Shown here: piece by piece, positions 38,436 to 50,092 of the stretch
Position numbering within the stretch: the stretch's first letter is position 1
Layout of the letters: every line of letters begins with the position of its first letter
DNA from: Octopus sinensis
Taxonomy: Eukaryota
Direction of reading: 5' to 3'
NCBI RefSeq assembly: GCF_006345805.1
Contig: NC_043002.1
Location: forward strand, 109,926,001-109,990,000
Length of the DNA stretch: 64,000 bases
Notes under the pieces: generated by a model
Told to the model about the DNA's origin: nothing
Databases searched by the model: none
The model's input: the letters and a program-made list of their open reading frames with translations, nothing else
Made by a program: the position numbers and the translations under genes

Positions 38436-39339
38436 GTAAGTTGTTCTGTTTATTGCCTTCTCAAATTTGACTGTTTATTATTTTTTACACAATATGAAAT
38501 GTTGCTAAGTAACCACATAAATTTGTCCATGATATTTCATTTCTTTCTTCGCCTCTTTTCTCAAATCCTTATCATCGATATTTTTATAAATATTTATCCA
38601 AACATTGTGGCATGACAGAATTGATGGAATGTAAGTGAGAAAGAAATCCATCAAACACTGCAATGGGGTATTCTGGCGGGAAGTATTCAGTCTAAGAGAT
38701 GAGAGACAGATGGAACTGATAAATGGATGGTGACTTTTTAATGAAGTCCTCTTGCCATACAAAGTTGAATGTTTTACTGGTGTCAAGGGCTACACCATTT
38801 TTTATAGAATTTTTTACACATACGAAAACAATTTTGTGTCACATAGGAATCAAACCCCACTTTATAAAATTGTACTGGTGTTCATTGAATCTAGAAAGAC
38901 ACCTAAAGGGACAAAGGTGATTTTTCTTATGGCATTTTACTTCATAATTGAAATATTGGAAGTTAGAATGACAGGATGGCAGCTAATAGATGGGATAGTG
39001 TCTGCAGGAATATAGAGCAGGGCTTCTGAAAGTGGTCACCGCCACCAATGTGTGGGGGCCGTGGGAACATTTTATATTAGTTTATGTATATATAACTGAG
39101 TTTGGCAGAAGCCTCGTATTAAAGATTAAATGAGTAAAAAAAAGCAAAGTGGTGATGCATCAAATATTCACTTATTGTGAGGTGGTGTTGTGGTAAGTAG
39201 TCACCCATCAGGGTGGCGAGAATGATAAATAAATACCCCCTTCCCCCCAAAAATGGCTAGGAGTTCCCCAAGCTTTACTTGAATAGGCCTGTACGTAGGA
39301 TCGGGACAATTACAACTTCCCCTGTCATCTGTAGTGGAG

Positions 39340-40460
39340 GAATTTAAAGTAGCAAAATGTAATATTGTAATGATGTAGAGAAACTCTACGGACGAGCTTG
39401 TCAGACATGCAGGTATTACCACAAGGTGTGGGTAACTGGCATGCTGGAGCTACATGTTGGGGTCGCCAGGGACTTGGATCTTCCTATTTGCAACAATGGA
39501 AGAAAGCAGACACCAGGGAGAGGCGGGCTGACTTGGAAAGCAATGTGGTACCAAGAGGAAGATAAAAGGAAATCAAGAGCTGTGAAGTAGGTATCTCTGG
39601 GTGCATGGACTAAATGGGATCTCCCTAAGAGGAAGTTCACATGGACTGACCTGTGGAGGCTGGAACCTTTGCACATCTCCTTCCTGCATGGAGCGGTGTA
39701 TGACACTCCCGACGCCAACAAACCTGCACAGATAAGGTTTGTGGGAAAGGGGCACTCTGGCACACATCTTGGCAGGGTCCAGAATAACACTTTCTCAAGG
39801 CAGATACGAATACTTGCTCACACCCTGGAGCAGTAAAGGTGTAAGAAATATCATCACCAGGGGAAGATAACTGCTGCAATTAAGTTCAAGAAAGAGGGAG
39901 AAAAGCCAGCAAAAGCAATACATAGCTTGTTGCAAGTGTCTCAACCATGGGATATGAAGGTAGACTTAGGGAAGAGATTTCCCCAGGTTGTCCATACAAC
40001 CCTGAGGCCTGGTGTGGTCCGAAAAGGCCCAGAAAATGATCATAATTGAACGAACAGTCACGTGGGGAGCGGGTTGTAACGAGGCCCATGAACGGAAGTG
40101 TGACAGATATAAGAGCCTTCTGCAGGATTGCAGGGAGAAGGGATGGCAGGTATGGATTTTCCTAGTCAGGGTTGGCTGTAAGGGATTCCGTGCCCAGTCG
40201 GCATGGATTTTTTACAGCAACTGGAATGAGAGGGAAGGGTGGATGTGCGCATGATGGGAGAGGCAACTGAAAGAGCCTTTTGCTGGCTTTGGTGTAAGAG
40301 AGAAGATTAACGCTGGAAGGCATGAGGAGTTGAGGAGCAGTGAATTGGCCACCTCTGCTGACCCACCAACAGTAGGGTGTTACGGTTCAGGGCCGAAACA
40401 TCCGATGAACGAGGGATAACGTCTGACGACATTGGTTTCTCCTGGACAAGGCTCCATTTA
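39340..40460 (+). mobile_element. Degenerate HERO-clade (restriction-like endonuclease) non-LTR retrotransposon, 3' part
   Basis: GAWTKWDLPKRKFTWTDLWRLEP...VYDT and WSEKAQKMIIIERTVTW...EAHERKCDRY...GWQVWIFLVRVGCKGF match HERO C-terminal motifs (IELTVPWE, EAHERK..KY, VEVGCRGF). Confidence 0.8.
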
Positions 40461-41067
40461 CTTAGGGGGAATAGATAAAACACATCCTTACTGATGTTAT
40501 TAACTCGTATATATGTGTTTGTGTGTGTATGTGTATATACAGACAAGCAGATATGTGTGTATTTTTGAGTGGAGGTTGTGTGTGTGTATCTATGTTAGTG
40601 TGTGTCCCCAACTGCTAATTGATAACCGGTGTTGGTGTATTTGCATCCCTGTTACTTAGCCCTTAAGCAAAAGAGGGCTATAGGTTGCTGCTAATCAGAC
40701 AGAAAAGGTACCACACATAAAGGACAAAATCAAGGAGGAGCCCCAGCATGGCCACAGTCTGAAACAAGTAGAAGAGAGAACTATAGAGAAGACAAAAAGA
40801 GGAAGGGAGAGACAAAGAGGGAAAAGAGAAAAAGAAAGTGAGAGATAAGAAAAGGAGCGGGAGAGATAGACAGAGAGGGGAATATAAGAGAGAGAGAGAG
40901 GAAGGAAAAAGAGAAAGATAGAAAAGAAAATGGGAGAGTGGGAGAAGGAAAAAAGAAAAAGGTTGAGTGTAAGGGAGAAAAGGAAAAGTGAAGGAGACAG
41001 AGAGAGATATAAAGAAAGAGAAATGGGAATTTCTATATTTCACATGTCCTCACTTTCTTCATTACAG

Positions 41068-41176
41068 ATTAACCAAGCTCCTCTAATGGAAGCTGGTTTC
41101 AAGGGGAACACAAGAATAACTGAATTTTGATATATGCAGGAGCGGAGATGGAAGCTTTACATGATGCTGTGTTTGG
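41068..41176 (+). pseudogene. Ankyrin-repeat gene, exon B (1-nt frameshift)
   Basis: TTACAG acceptor and INQAPLMEAGFKGNTRITEF. Adding one T near 41128 restores LIYAGAEMEALHDAVFG. GTAAG donor in phase 2. Confidence 0.7.
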
Positions 41177-41528
41177 GTAAGTTGAGAATAAACTAAAATC
41201 CAGATGTGTTTTTGTTTGTAAATTTGTTGCAATTGCAGACACAGGTTCAATATCCAAAGAGGCGATAGTCGTAGTAGTGGGACAGCAGGACAACAGGATA
41301 CTAGCAAACAACAACAAGGTTTTCTTCTCTTTATTCATCTATCCAATTCATTAGTCATTATTCATTCATAAAACTCCTGATGATGACTAAGATGGTGGTG
41401 ATGATGGAAGTGGTGGCAATGATGATGATAGCGATGATAATAGTGCAGCTGATGATGATTCGTCTGAAAGCCAAAATAATTTCATATTTAATGTAAATTA
41501 GTCAAATGTTTCTATCTTTTACTCTCAG

Positions 41529-41673
41529 GTGTCAACTTGAAGCTGTGAATCTCTTGCTATATCGGAACATCAATGTGAACGGGAAGAGCAAGGCTGGCTG
41601 GACTCCTCTCCTTTTGGCTGCAGGGATATGGACAGACGGAGTGGCAGCATTATTACAAAAGAACGCTCTTGAG
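41529..41673 (+). pseudogene. Ankyrin-repeat gene, exon C
   Basis: CTCAG acceptor, phase-compatible with exon B. It encodes CQLEAVNLLLYRNINVNGKSKAGWTPLLLAAG..GVAALLQKNALE (G.TPL..AA ankyrin motif). GTTAGT donor. Confidence 0.8.
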
Positions 41674-42059
41674 GTTAGTGACTATATATATATATGTGTG
41701 TGTGTGTACTAATATATATATATGTACATGTATATATGTATGTACATGTATATATGTATGTGTATGTATGTACATGTATACAAATAAAATGTATGGATGT
41801 ATATATAATGTAAATTGTGGTGTGCATGTGTTAGTGTTTCGCTTCATTCATATTATATTCCGAAATAATTCTAATCTTCTCTGAACGGTTTTTCTCGATA
41901 CTTTCCTAACAATTTATCCATTTTTCGGAAAATTACGAGGAAACAAATCTACTCCTGCGAATTTTTATGGGTAAATAGGTGAGTGAATTTGTTTTACATT
42001 TTCTTTAGGTCCACTGTTAGGTTATTGTAATGAAGGACAAGTAACAAAGTTAACTTCTA

Positions 42060-43000
42060 AAACAAAGCATCTTTCTTCAAACAGAAGACTTTGAGTTTGG
42101 TTCTTCTTGCAGCTATTATTTATTGGGTTTTTGTGTTGGAAGCTGATAATTCCAATTTAGATTGCCATTTTGCAATGACTTTACCACATGACATATGTCT
42201 GTAAATGCTTCAATAAAAAGAGATTTAATAAAGGTGACACAGCGAAATCCTATCATTCTCCTCAGGCGAAAACAAAGAATTCCTTTAAGGGAATTTATCA
42301 GAAAATGAACATTCACAAGTCAAGCCAAACTGAAGGTGGCATCTCTCATTGAGACTGACATAATAATAACTGAATAGGCTCTGTAGAATTGATCGAACCT
42401 GGAGTTCATTGGAGAAGTTTGAAATGGGATTGAATTTGACTTAGAGTTATCGACTGTTGAACAATCACTGATCATTCGATTTTCAGTGTCCTCTTGGGAA
42501 CTTTGCAGGGTAGTAGATGACACAGAGGGACATTACTTTCATGACCCTTTGAATATCAGGTCTGAAATCTACCAGAATAAGACAGATATATGGGATTCCT
42601 CTAAAGGGTCTTTGGAGTAATGTTACTCAATAGGATTTATAGTTCAGACATCTGGGAGTCTCTCCAGGTTGAGCCACTTCTTCTCAACATCTGTAGTACC
42701 TCGGACATGTGATCAGAGTGTTGCAGCAATGAATTACAGGACAGGTTCTCAAAATCAAACCAACGGAACAGGATGCCGAGGCGGGGGGGAGAAAGAAATG
42801 GTTGGATGCTATCCATAGTCTTAGTTCTTCACATCATAGAATACAAGCAGAATGTCTAATGATGGATGCTTCTGATAGGACCCTGAGGACTCTTTCCCCA
42901 CAGCCCTTTCAAGAATATTGAGCAGAGGAAATGGATGGATCATATGCTTTCACTGTTGGAGGTCAATGTTAATTCTTGAGGTTCTGATATATTTTTGCCT
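42060..43000 (-). mobile_element. Heavily decayed coding-like relic, possibly a DIRS tyrosine recombinase
   Basis: Balanced composition and weak minus-strand peptide echoes (VPLCHLLPCKVPKRT); no intact motif. Confidence 0.2.
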
Positions 43001-43279
43001 TCACAAAATGTTTCCTGCCCTCATTTACCATATATTTTCTCAAGTATAATTTTCTATTAATTTTCTTTAAAAATCTCGTTTAATTCAAACTCTTATTTTT
43101 GTCAATAGAAAACAATGTCTTATGGTTTTCATGTTTTTCAGCTATTTCTTTTTATTTCTCTATTGATAAAGTTTGTTTGTAATATTCATAACAACCTACA
43201 GTACACAGCGTTTTATGTTCTTGTTAATGTTGTTGCATTTATTTCTTATTGTTGTGTCTTTTGCAGCTATTTTTTTTAG

Positions 43280-43449
43280 GAATTGATACAACTGACCTGA
43301 AAATTGATGATGAGTCTATTGACACTGTAAAACAAGGCTACCTAATGCTGTACGAATGGTTCAGAAATTGTGATTCAGAAATACGGACACACAACAGAAA
43401 TACGGACACGCAACATTGATGGGATGTCAGTCATTGGACGCAAAGTGAA
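43280..43449 (+). pseudogene. Death-domain-like terminal exon
   Basis: T-tract and TAG acceptor. IDTTDLKIDDESIDTVKQGYLMLYEWFRNCDSEIRTH resembles the death-domain pattern I..D.....EQ.Y.ML..W. It is disrupted by a tandem duplication of CAGAAATACGGACAC. Confidence 0.5.
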
Positions 43450-43934
43450 TTTCCGTGTAACTGTTGTTGTTTAGCCTTGGATTAACCTTGACCAAACACA
43501 GACTTATGATCAAATACATTCCAGCCAGGACCATCATGCCTATTTCCAAAGAGAACCCACAACCACATTGTCCAATATGCCCTTCTGTACAGTGATATCG
43601 TGTGAATTTAGCTACTAATTCTAGCAGGTATATCAACCACATAGTGATCCCTTCACTGGTTTTGCTCCTTTGTTAAACATTCACATTTAAAATAAAGATA
43701 AACTTTGAAATGTTCATTTATTGTTGTTGCTGTTGTTGTATATCTAATCCCCTCCCTAAACAACCCCATTGTTATATAGACACCTTTAATATCTTCTGCT
43801 ATATTGATAATTATCTACCTTCAGTTTTAGCTGAGAGTAGAATGCCTGTTATATATATATTGATGTCTTTTCCCTTTATATATCCTATAGAGATAGTATT
43901 TCTATATAATACATGATGTATCTAAGGATATATC

Positions 43935-44520
43935 TCACTTTGTCCAAAGTGGCGGTGGTTGAATAAAAAATTCAGGGGGTGAGCGGGAGAAAATCATCTT
44001 CTTAACCCTTCATATTAAATTAGGATTAAAGAAGTAATTTATCGAAGCTCTTAATGTGGAGAGTAGCTGTTTCAAATTCATATGTTTGGCATTTCCTGTG
44101 TTATGATAAAATAACGGCTGGTGTTTTTTGATGGGTCACAAATCAGAAAGTTAATGAAATGCCAGACATTCTCGTGCTCGATGACTGATGTAGAAAAAAG
44201 AGCATGGGATTCATTTGTGGCTGTTGTGAAAGGATTTGTAGTGAGTGAAAAGGCTGAGAACTACAAGGATTTGGTGGAGATATTACTTGATAGCTATCAG
44301 CTTTTAGGCGGCGATATGAGCATAAAGTTTCATTTTTTCAAAAGCCATCTCAATGAATTTCCTGCTAATCTCTGAGACGCGAGCAATGAGCATGGTAAGC
44401 GTTTTCATCAAGATTAAGGAGGAGAGATATCAAGGCCAATGAAACACACACATGATGGCAGACTAATGTTGGAGTAGTTAAAGACACTATGTAGACATGA
44501 AACATTTGTGAGGGTCTCAC
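43935..44520 (+). pseudogene. Chapaev3-like (CMC) DNA transposase C-terminal remnant
   Basis: PLHIKLGL..F..AL, FDGSQIRKLM, EKRAW.SF..VV.GF...KAENY..LV..LL..Y..LG..MSIKFHF..SHL..FP.NL, EHGKRFHQD, EERYQG and MMAD.CW, with stops. The superfamily assignment is from recall of these motifs. Confidence 0.75.
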
Positions 44521-44657
44521 AAGTGGCAATTTGTTCCGTGAATATGATGATGGTTTGTGGTTTAGCCATTATAATAGAGAATTGACAGTATGTGTTTAGT
44601 AAACTTTTCTAAACTGACTTCATGAACTATACTGGAATGCAAGATATGATGGATTTT

Positions 44658-44945
44658 CATCATCATCGTTTAACGTCCATTCTCCATGCTAGCATGGGTT
44701 GGACGGTTCGACCGGGGATCTGGGAAGCCAGAAGGCTGCACCAGGCTCCAGTCAGATCTGGCAGTGTTTCTACAGCTGGATGCCCTTCCTAACGCCAACC
44801 ACTCCGTGAGTGTAGTGGGTGCCTTTTACGTGCCACTGGCTTGGAAGCCAGTCAAGGCGGCGCTGGCATCGGCCACGATTCGGATGGTGCTTTTTATGTG
44901 CCCCCAGCATGGAAGCCAGCCAAGGCGGCGCTGACATCAGCCATG
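44658..44945 (-). mobile_element. SINE or LINE-tail repeat (copy of 29120-29410)
   Basis: Sequence similarity to 29120-29410. Confidence 0.65.
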
Positions 44946-45095
44946 GATTATTGCAGTAGAATAACCAAGGAAATATATATGGATTTAAAGACTCTCATCA
45001 AAAGTAGTAATTTTTAATTTTTATTTTACATTTCAAACAAACACCATTTTACAATTTTACTATCATTCGATATATTATACAATATTCATATTTTA

Positions 45096-45187
45096 TATCT
45101 CTGAAGAGCAGAAGGGTTGTCTATAAATGCTTATCAATATAGGATTTCATTATAGGGACAACTCTTCTGCGAAACGATCGTAAGATG
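45096..45187 (+). ncRNA. Minimal type I hammerhead ribozyme with long helix II
   Basis: TATCT CTGAAGA GCAGAAGGGTTGTC-(loop)-GACAACTCTTCTGC GAAA CGATCG TA AGATG. Helix I is 5 bp, helix II 14 bp, helix III is a palindrome and the site is GUA. It lies in an AT-rich element (about 45000-45520) ending at a microsatellite. Confidence 0.85.
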
Positions 45188-45514
45188 CTTAAAAAATTAA
45201 TTCAAAACCTTTAAACTATCAAATTTATCTTATACATTATAATTATATTTTTATATTTGTTTATTTATATTTTTAATACAATAAGGTCTTTCACACGGGT
45301 ATATCTTTATGTTCAATATTGATTTCCTTATATTAATTATAATAATATATTATTAAAAAAATATATGTATATATCGCTCGTATTGAATATACAAACACTT
45401 TAAATCTAAGGGAGGCCTCAAAATACATTTTAAGATCCACAGAGATAAGAACGTAAATGCAGCTCTTGTGGTTCAAACTGGATATGCAATTTATGTGAAA
45501 ACAAAGCAAAAGAT

Positions 45515-45545
<31 letters not shown>

Positions 45546-45577
45546 TTTGTATATATATATATATATATATATACATA

Positions 45578-45856
45578 TTGTATATAAATAAAAGAGGCAG
45601 GCAAAAGGTTGCTTAGCCACATATGGAAAAAATTAGAAATAGCAGTCAAAGACTGTTTATTTCTATTTTCTACAAATAAGACTCCACATACGACATATCC
45701 CTGTAATTCACATATGCAAAACAGAAGGAAGATATGTCGTATGTGGAGTCTTATTTGTAGAAAATAGAAATAGACAGTCTTTGACTGCTATTTCTAATTT
45801 TTTCGGTATGTGGCTAAGCAACCTGTTGCCTGCCATTTTTTTTTATTTATATACAA
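45578..45856. repeat. Long hairpin: arms of about 120 bp, loop of about 31 nt
   Basis: 45578-45699 is the near-exact reverse complement of 45731-45856. Confidence 0.9.
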
Positions 45857-46329
45857 AATATATATTGAACTTTTATAGAAGTTCCTACCGTTAATGGTTA
45901 TATTTACATGCCGAAATCTACCAGTAAATAATTGTTGGTTTTTTAAAAACCATTAAAGCTATTATTTGCTCTTATTATATATATATATATATAATTTACA
46001 AGATAAGGGCAAAAGAAAAATTCTAATGTCTATATATAGTATGATGATGATGACTAGAAGAAGGGCAATAACTCTTGTAGAGTAAGAAGTATTACTTCCC
46101 TTTCCGTTGTTAATTAAATTCCTTCGTTGAGACTGAAAGAGAGTGGGAGTGAGAGACAAAGAAAGAGGGAGACGGATAGGGTCAGAGAGAGAAAATGCTA
46201 GACAGACAGACACATAGACGGAGACAGATATAGTGAGAGAGAGGGAGAGAAAGACAGACGGCTAGAAAAGAGGAAGAGAGATTAGCATGTTTGAAATTTC
46301 ATTTTATGAGAATAGTGAGTCAGCGGCAG

Positions 46330-46760
46330 ATTTTAGTTCTTCCGTCGTTGTCGACGATGACCAAATACATAAGATGGGTAAAGGTGTGTCCGGCTGTTGC
46401 TGTCCAGTCCGATGCCACTCGGAAGTCTCCGCCACAGGTCGGGCAATGGTTGTCTGCTGGGTCCAAAAGCAAAGAGTCGGCTCTGGACCCGCATCCTTCA
46501 AGCTTTCTTTGCCCTTGTAAATTCTGTTCTAGGGTGCAAGGTGTATCTGGGTCAAGTAGTACCTCTGTCAGGGGAAATATGTAGTACTTCTTGGAGTAGG
46601 CCGTCCACTTTGGTCCTCCCGTGACTCCCACCTCTCACCTGTGACTCATCAATGCTATCTGCATGCAATAGTATCCACACCCAGGGCCACGGCTTCCACA
46701 GACTGGCTAAACCATGGGAAGGGTAGCAAACAGCTGTGAAGCGTTGGTGAGCCAGGGTTT
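46330..46760 (-). mobile_element. RTE-clade LINE 3' end remnant
   Basis: HCPTCGGDF.. followed after a frameshift by GIGLDSNSRTH (RTE C-terminal CPTCGR.F..RIGL.SH.RTH), then a GTCATCGTCGACAACGACGGA stem-loop tail. Confidence 0.6.
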
Positions 46761-47797
46761 GTCTATCTAAGGATGTGAACCGGTAGAGTGTGCTGAGGAA
46801 ACCACTAGACAGGCTCAACGGACCAGCAAGCTTTATGGGGGGTGAACTGCAACCTGTCTGTAGTTTTCTTCACTTCATCTTTCCACTGGAATCACAGAGG
46901 AAAGGACGAGAGAGTGAACCAGATGGTATTGTGCAACCATCCCTCACTATAAACCATGTCACGCTCAATTCAAGATATCACACCATCCCAGGGTCGGGTA
47001 CAACATATGAGGAAAGAAGGGAAAAGGAAAGAAAGAAAAACAAGAAAGGAAAAGGAAATAAATAAAGAAAGAAAGTAAAGGGAACCAAAAAGAAAGAAAG
47101 AATGAGAGAGAGATAGAGAGGAAGGCGATGTAATTCTGTAAAAATGATGAGATGAAAGAGGGAGAGGGGGGAGGATGGAGGAGAGATTAGAGAAATAAAT
47201 GTTAAGAAGAGAGGAGTATGAGATGAGAGACAAAGAGTAAAAAGGCGGAGCATTAATATATAATAAGGTAGTAGAGAGAAGGAGAAAGAGAGAGAGACTG
47301 AAATAGAGAAATCAAGAGAGAAAAAGACAGACATAGAGAAACAGAGGGAGATGGAAAGGAAGGAGAAATAGAGGGAAATAATGAGGTAAGAGAATGAGAC
47401 AATATTATATAAGGAGGTGGAGGGAGAGAGAATGATACATAGGTTTAGAAAGAGAGGGAGAGTTTGACACAGTCCCTCCCACGTCTATCTATTTCTTTCA
47501 CTCGCTATATCTTGCTTCCTCTCTCTCTCCCTCTTACTCTCTCTCTCTCAATCTCTCTCCCTCTCTCTCTCACTGTTTTACGCAGAAAGTAAACACACAA
47601 AATGGGGGATCTATCTCACACTACCCCTCTCTCTCTCTCTCTTGTCGGTCGTGTTATTCTTTGCTCCGCAGTGATTGTTTTTGTGCTGAAAATTGTGAAA
47701 ATTTGCTGTTTTGGTCGTCGAGACCACTTCTTTTCTGCTGTTGCAGTAAAGTTTTGCTGTTCTTTCCCCCTTTTTTCAAGGGGAGGCGCCGAAAAAC

Positions 47798-50092
47798 ATG
47801 AATTTGCCACCAATTTCTTCCGAATCCGACGAAAACTTTGAAATTTTGCTTCAAGGCATAAAGGCGAATATGTGGGAGGAGAAAGGTAAAAGTATAGAGG
47901 CGAATATGTGGGAGGAGAAAGGTAAAGGTATAGAGGCGAATATGTGGGAGGAGAAAGGTAAAGGTATAGAGGCGAATATGTGGGAGGAGAAAGGTAAAGG
48001 TATAGAGGCGAATATGTGGGAGGAGAAAGGTAAAGGTATAGAGGCGAATATGTGGGAGGAGAAAGGTAAAGGTATAGAGGCGAATATGTGGGAGGAGAAA
48101 GGTAAAAGTATAGAGGCGAATATGTGGGAGGAGAAAGGTAAAGGTATAGAGGCGAATATGTGGGAGGAGAAAGGTAAAGGTATAGAAGCGAATAAGTGGG
48201 AGGAGAAAGGTAAAGGTATAGAGGCGAATATGAGGGAGGAGAAAGGTAAAGGCATAGAGGCGAATATGTGGGAGGAGAAAGGTAAAGGCATAGAGGCGAA
48301 TATGTGGGAGGAGAAAGGTAAAGGTATAGAGGCGAATATGTGGGAGGAGAAAGGTAAAGGCATAGAGGCGAATATGTGGGAGGAGAAAGGTAAAGGCATA
48401 GAGGCGAATATGTGGGAGGAGAAAGGTAAAGGCATAGAGGCGAATATGTGGGAGGAGAAAGGTAAAGGTATAGAGGCGAATATGTGGGAGGAGAAAGGTA
48501 AAGGTATAGAAGCGAATAAGTGGGAGGAGAAAGGTAAAGGTATAGAGGCGAATATGAGGGAGGAGAAAGGTAAAGGTATAGAGGCGAATATGTGGGAGGA
48601 GAAAGGTAAAAGTATAGAGGCGAATATGTGGGAGGAGAAAGGTAAAGTTATAGAGGCGAATATGTGGGAGGAGAAAGGTAAAGGCATACAGGCGAATATG
48701 TGGGAGGAGAAAGGTAAAGGCACAGAGGCGAATATGTGGGAGGAGAAAGGTAAAGGCATAGAGGCGAATACGTGGGAGGAGAAAGGTAAAGGCATAGAGG
48801 CGAATATGTGGGAGGAGAAAGGTAAAGGCATAGAGGCGAATATGTGGGAGGAGAAATGTAAAGGTATAGAGGCGAATATGTGGGAGGAGAAAGGTAAAGG
48901 CATAGAGGCGAATATGTGGGAGGAGAAAGGTAAAGGCATACAGGCGAATATGTGGGAGGAGAAAGGTAAAGGCATAGAGGCGATTATGTGGGAGGAGAAA
49001 GGTAAAGGTATAGAGGCGAATATGTGGGAGGAGAAAGGTAAAGGCATAGAGGCGAATATGTGGGAGGAGAAAGGTAAATGCATTCAGGCGAATATGTGGG
49101 AGGAGAAAGGTAAAAGTTTAGAGGCGAATATGTGGGAGGAGAAAGGTAAAGGTAGAGAAGCGAATATGTGGGAGGAGAAAGGTAAAGGCATAGAGGCGAA
49201 TATGTGGGAGGAGAAAGGTAAAGGCATAGAGGCGAATATGTGGGAGGAGAAAGGTAAAGGCATAGAGGCGAATATGTGGGAGGAGAAAGGTAAAGGCATA
49301 GAGGCGAATATGTGGGAGGAGAAAGGTAAAGGCATAGAGGCGAATATGTGGAAGGAGAAAGGTAAAGGCATAGAGGCGAATATGTGGGAGGAGAAAGGTA
49401 AAGGCATAGAGGCGAATATGTGTGAGGAGAAAGGTAAAGGCATACAGGCGAATATGTGGGAGGAGAAAGGTAAAAGTTTAGAGGCGAATATGTGGGAGGA
49501 GAAAGGTAAAGGTATAGAGGCGAATATGTGGGAGGAGAAAGGTAAAAGTATAGAGGCGAATATGTGGGAGGAGAAAAGTAAAAGTACAGAGGCGAATATG
49601 TGGGAGGAGAAAGGTAAAGGTATAGAGGCGAATATGTGGGAGGAGAAAGGTAAAGGTATAGAGGCGAATATGTGGGAGGAGAAAGGTAAAGGTATAGAGG
49701 CGAATATGTGGGAGGAGAAAGGTAAAGGTATAGAGGCGAATATGTGGGAGGAGAAAGATAAAAGTTTAGAGGCGAATATGTGGGAGGAGAAAGGTAAAGA
49801 TATAGAGGCGAATATGTGGGAGGAGAAAGGTAAAGATATAGAGGCGAATATGTCGGAGGAGAAAGGTAAAGGTATAGAGGCGAATATGTGGGAGGAGAAA
49901 GGTAAAGGTATAGAGGCGAATATGTGGGAGGAGAAAGGTAAAGGTACAGAGGCGAATATGTGGGAGGAGAAAGGTAAAGGTATAGAGGCGAATATGTGGG
50001 AGGAGAAAGGTAAAGGCATAGAGGCGAATATGTGGGAGGAGAAAAGTAAAAGTATAGAGGCGAATATGTGGGAGGAGAAAAGTAAAGTATAG
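47798..50092 (+). CDS. Putative ORF: unique leader of about 19 aa fused to (GIEANMWEEKGK)n
   Basis: AAAC-ATG-A start in unique sequence, in frame with the stop-free plus-strand frame of the 36-bp array. Coding status is unproven. Confidence 0.2.
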   Translation: MNLPPISSESDENFEILLQGIKANMWEEKGKSIEANMWEEKGKGIEANMWEEKGKGIEANMWEEKGKGIEANMWEEKGKGIEANMWEEKGKGIEANMWEEKGKSIEANMWEEKGKGIEANMWEEKGKGIEANKWEEKGKGIEANMREEKGKGIEANMWEEKGKGIEANMWEEKGKGIEANMWEEKGKGIEANMWEEKGKGIEANMWEEKGKGIEANMWEEKGKGIEANMWEEKGKGIEANKWEEKGKGIEANMREEKGKGIEANMWEEKGKSIEANMWEEKGKVIEANMWEEKGKGIQANMWEEKGKGTEANMWEEKGKGIEANTWEEKGKGIEANMWEEKGKGIEANMWEEKCKGIEANMWEEKGKGIEANMWEEKGKGIQANMWEEKGKGIEAIMWEEKGKGIEANMWEEKGKGIEANMWEEKGKCIQANMWEEKGKSLEANMWEEKGKGREANMWEEKGKGIEANMWEEKGKGIEANMWEEKGKGIEANMWEEKGKGIEANMWEEKGKGIEANMWKEKGKGIEANMWEEKGKGIEANMCEEKGKGIQANMWEEKGKSLEANMWEEKGKGIEANMWEEKGKSIEANMWEEKSKSTEANMWEEKGKGIEANMWEEKGKGIEANMWEEKGKGIEANMWEEKGKGIEANMWEEKDKSLEANMWEEKGKDIEANMWEEKGKDIEANMSEEKGKGIEANMWEEKGKGIEANMWEEKGKGTEANMWEEKGKGIEANMWEEKGKGIEANMWEEKSKSIEANMWEEKSKV

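Noticed and set aside
40380-40440. GAAAC...CTGACGA in the HERO 3' UTR as a permuted hammerhead
   Set aside because: The required helices are not evident in this copy.
42009-42040. Additional exon of the ankyrin gene
   Set aside because: The acceptor is plausible but there is an in-frame TAG after three codons, so it cannot be supported.
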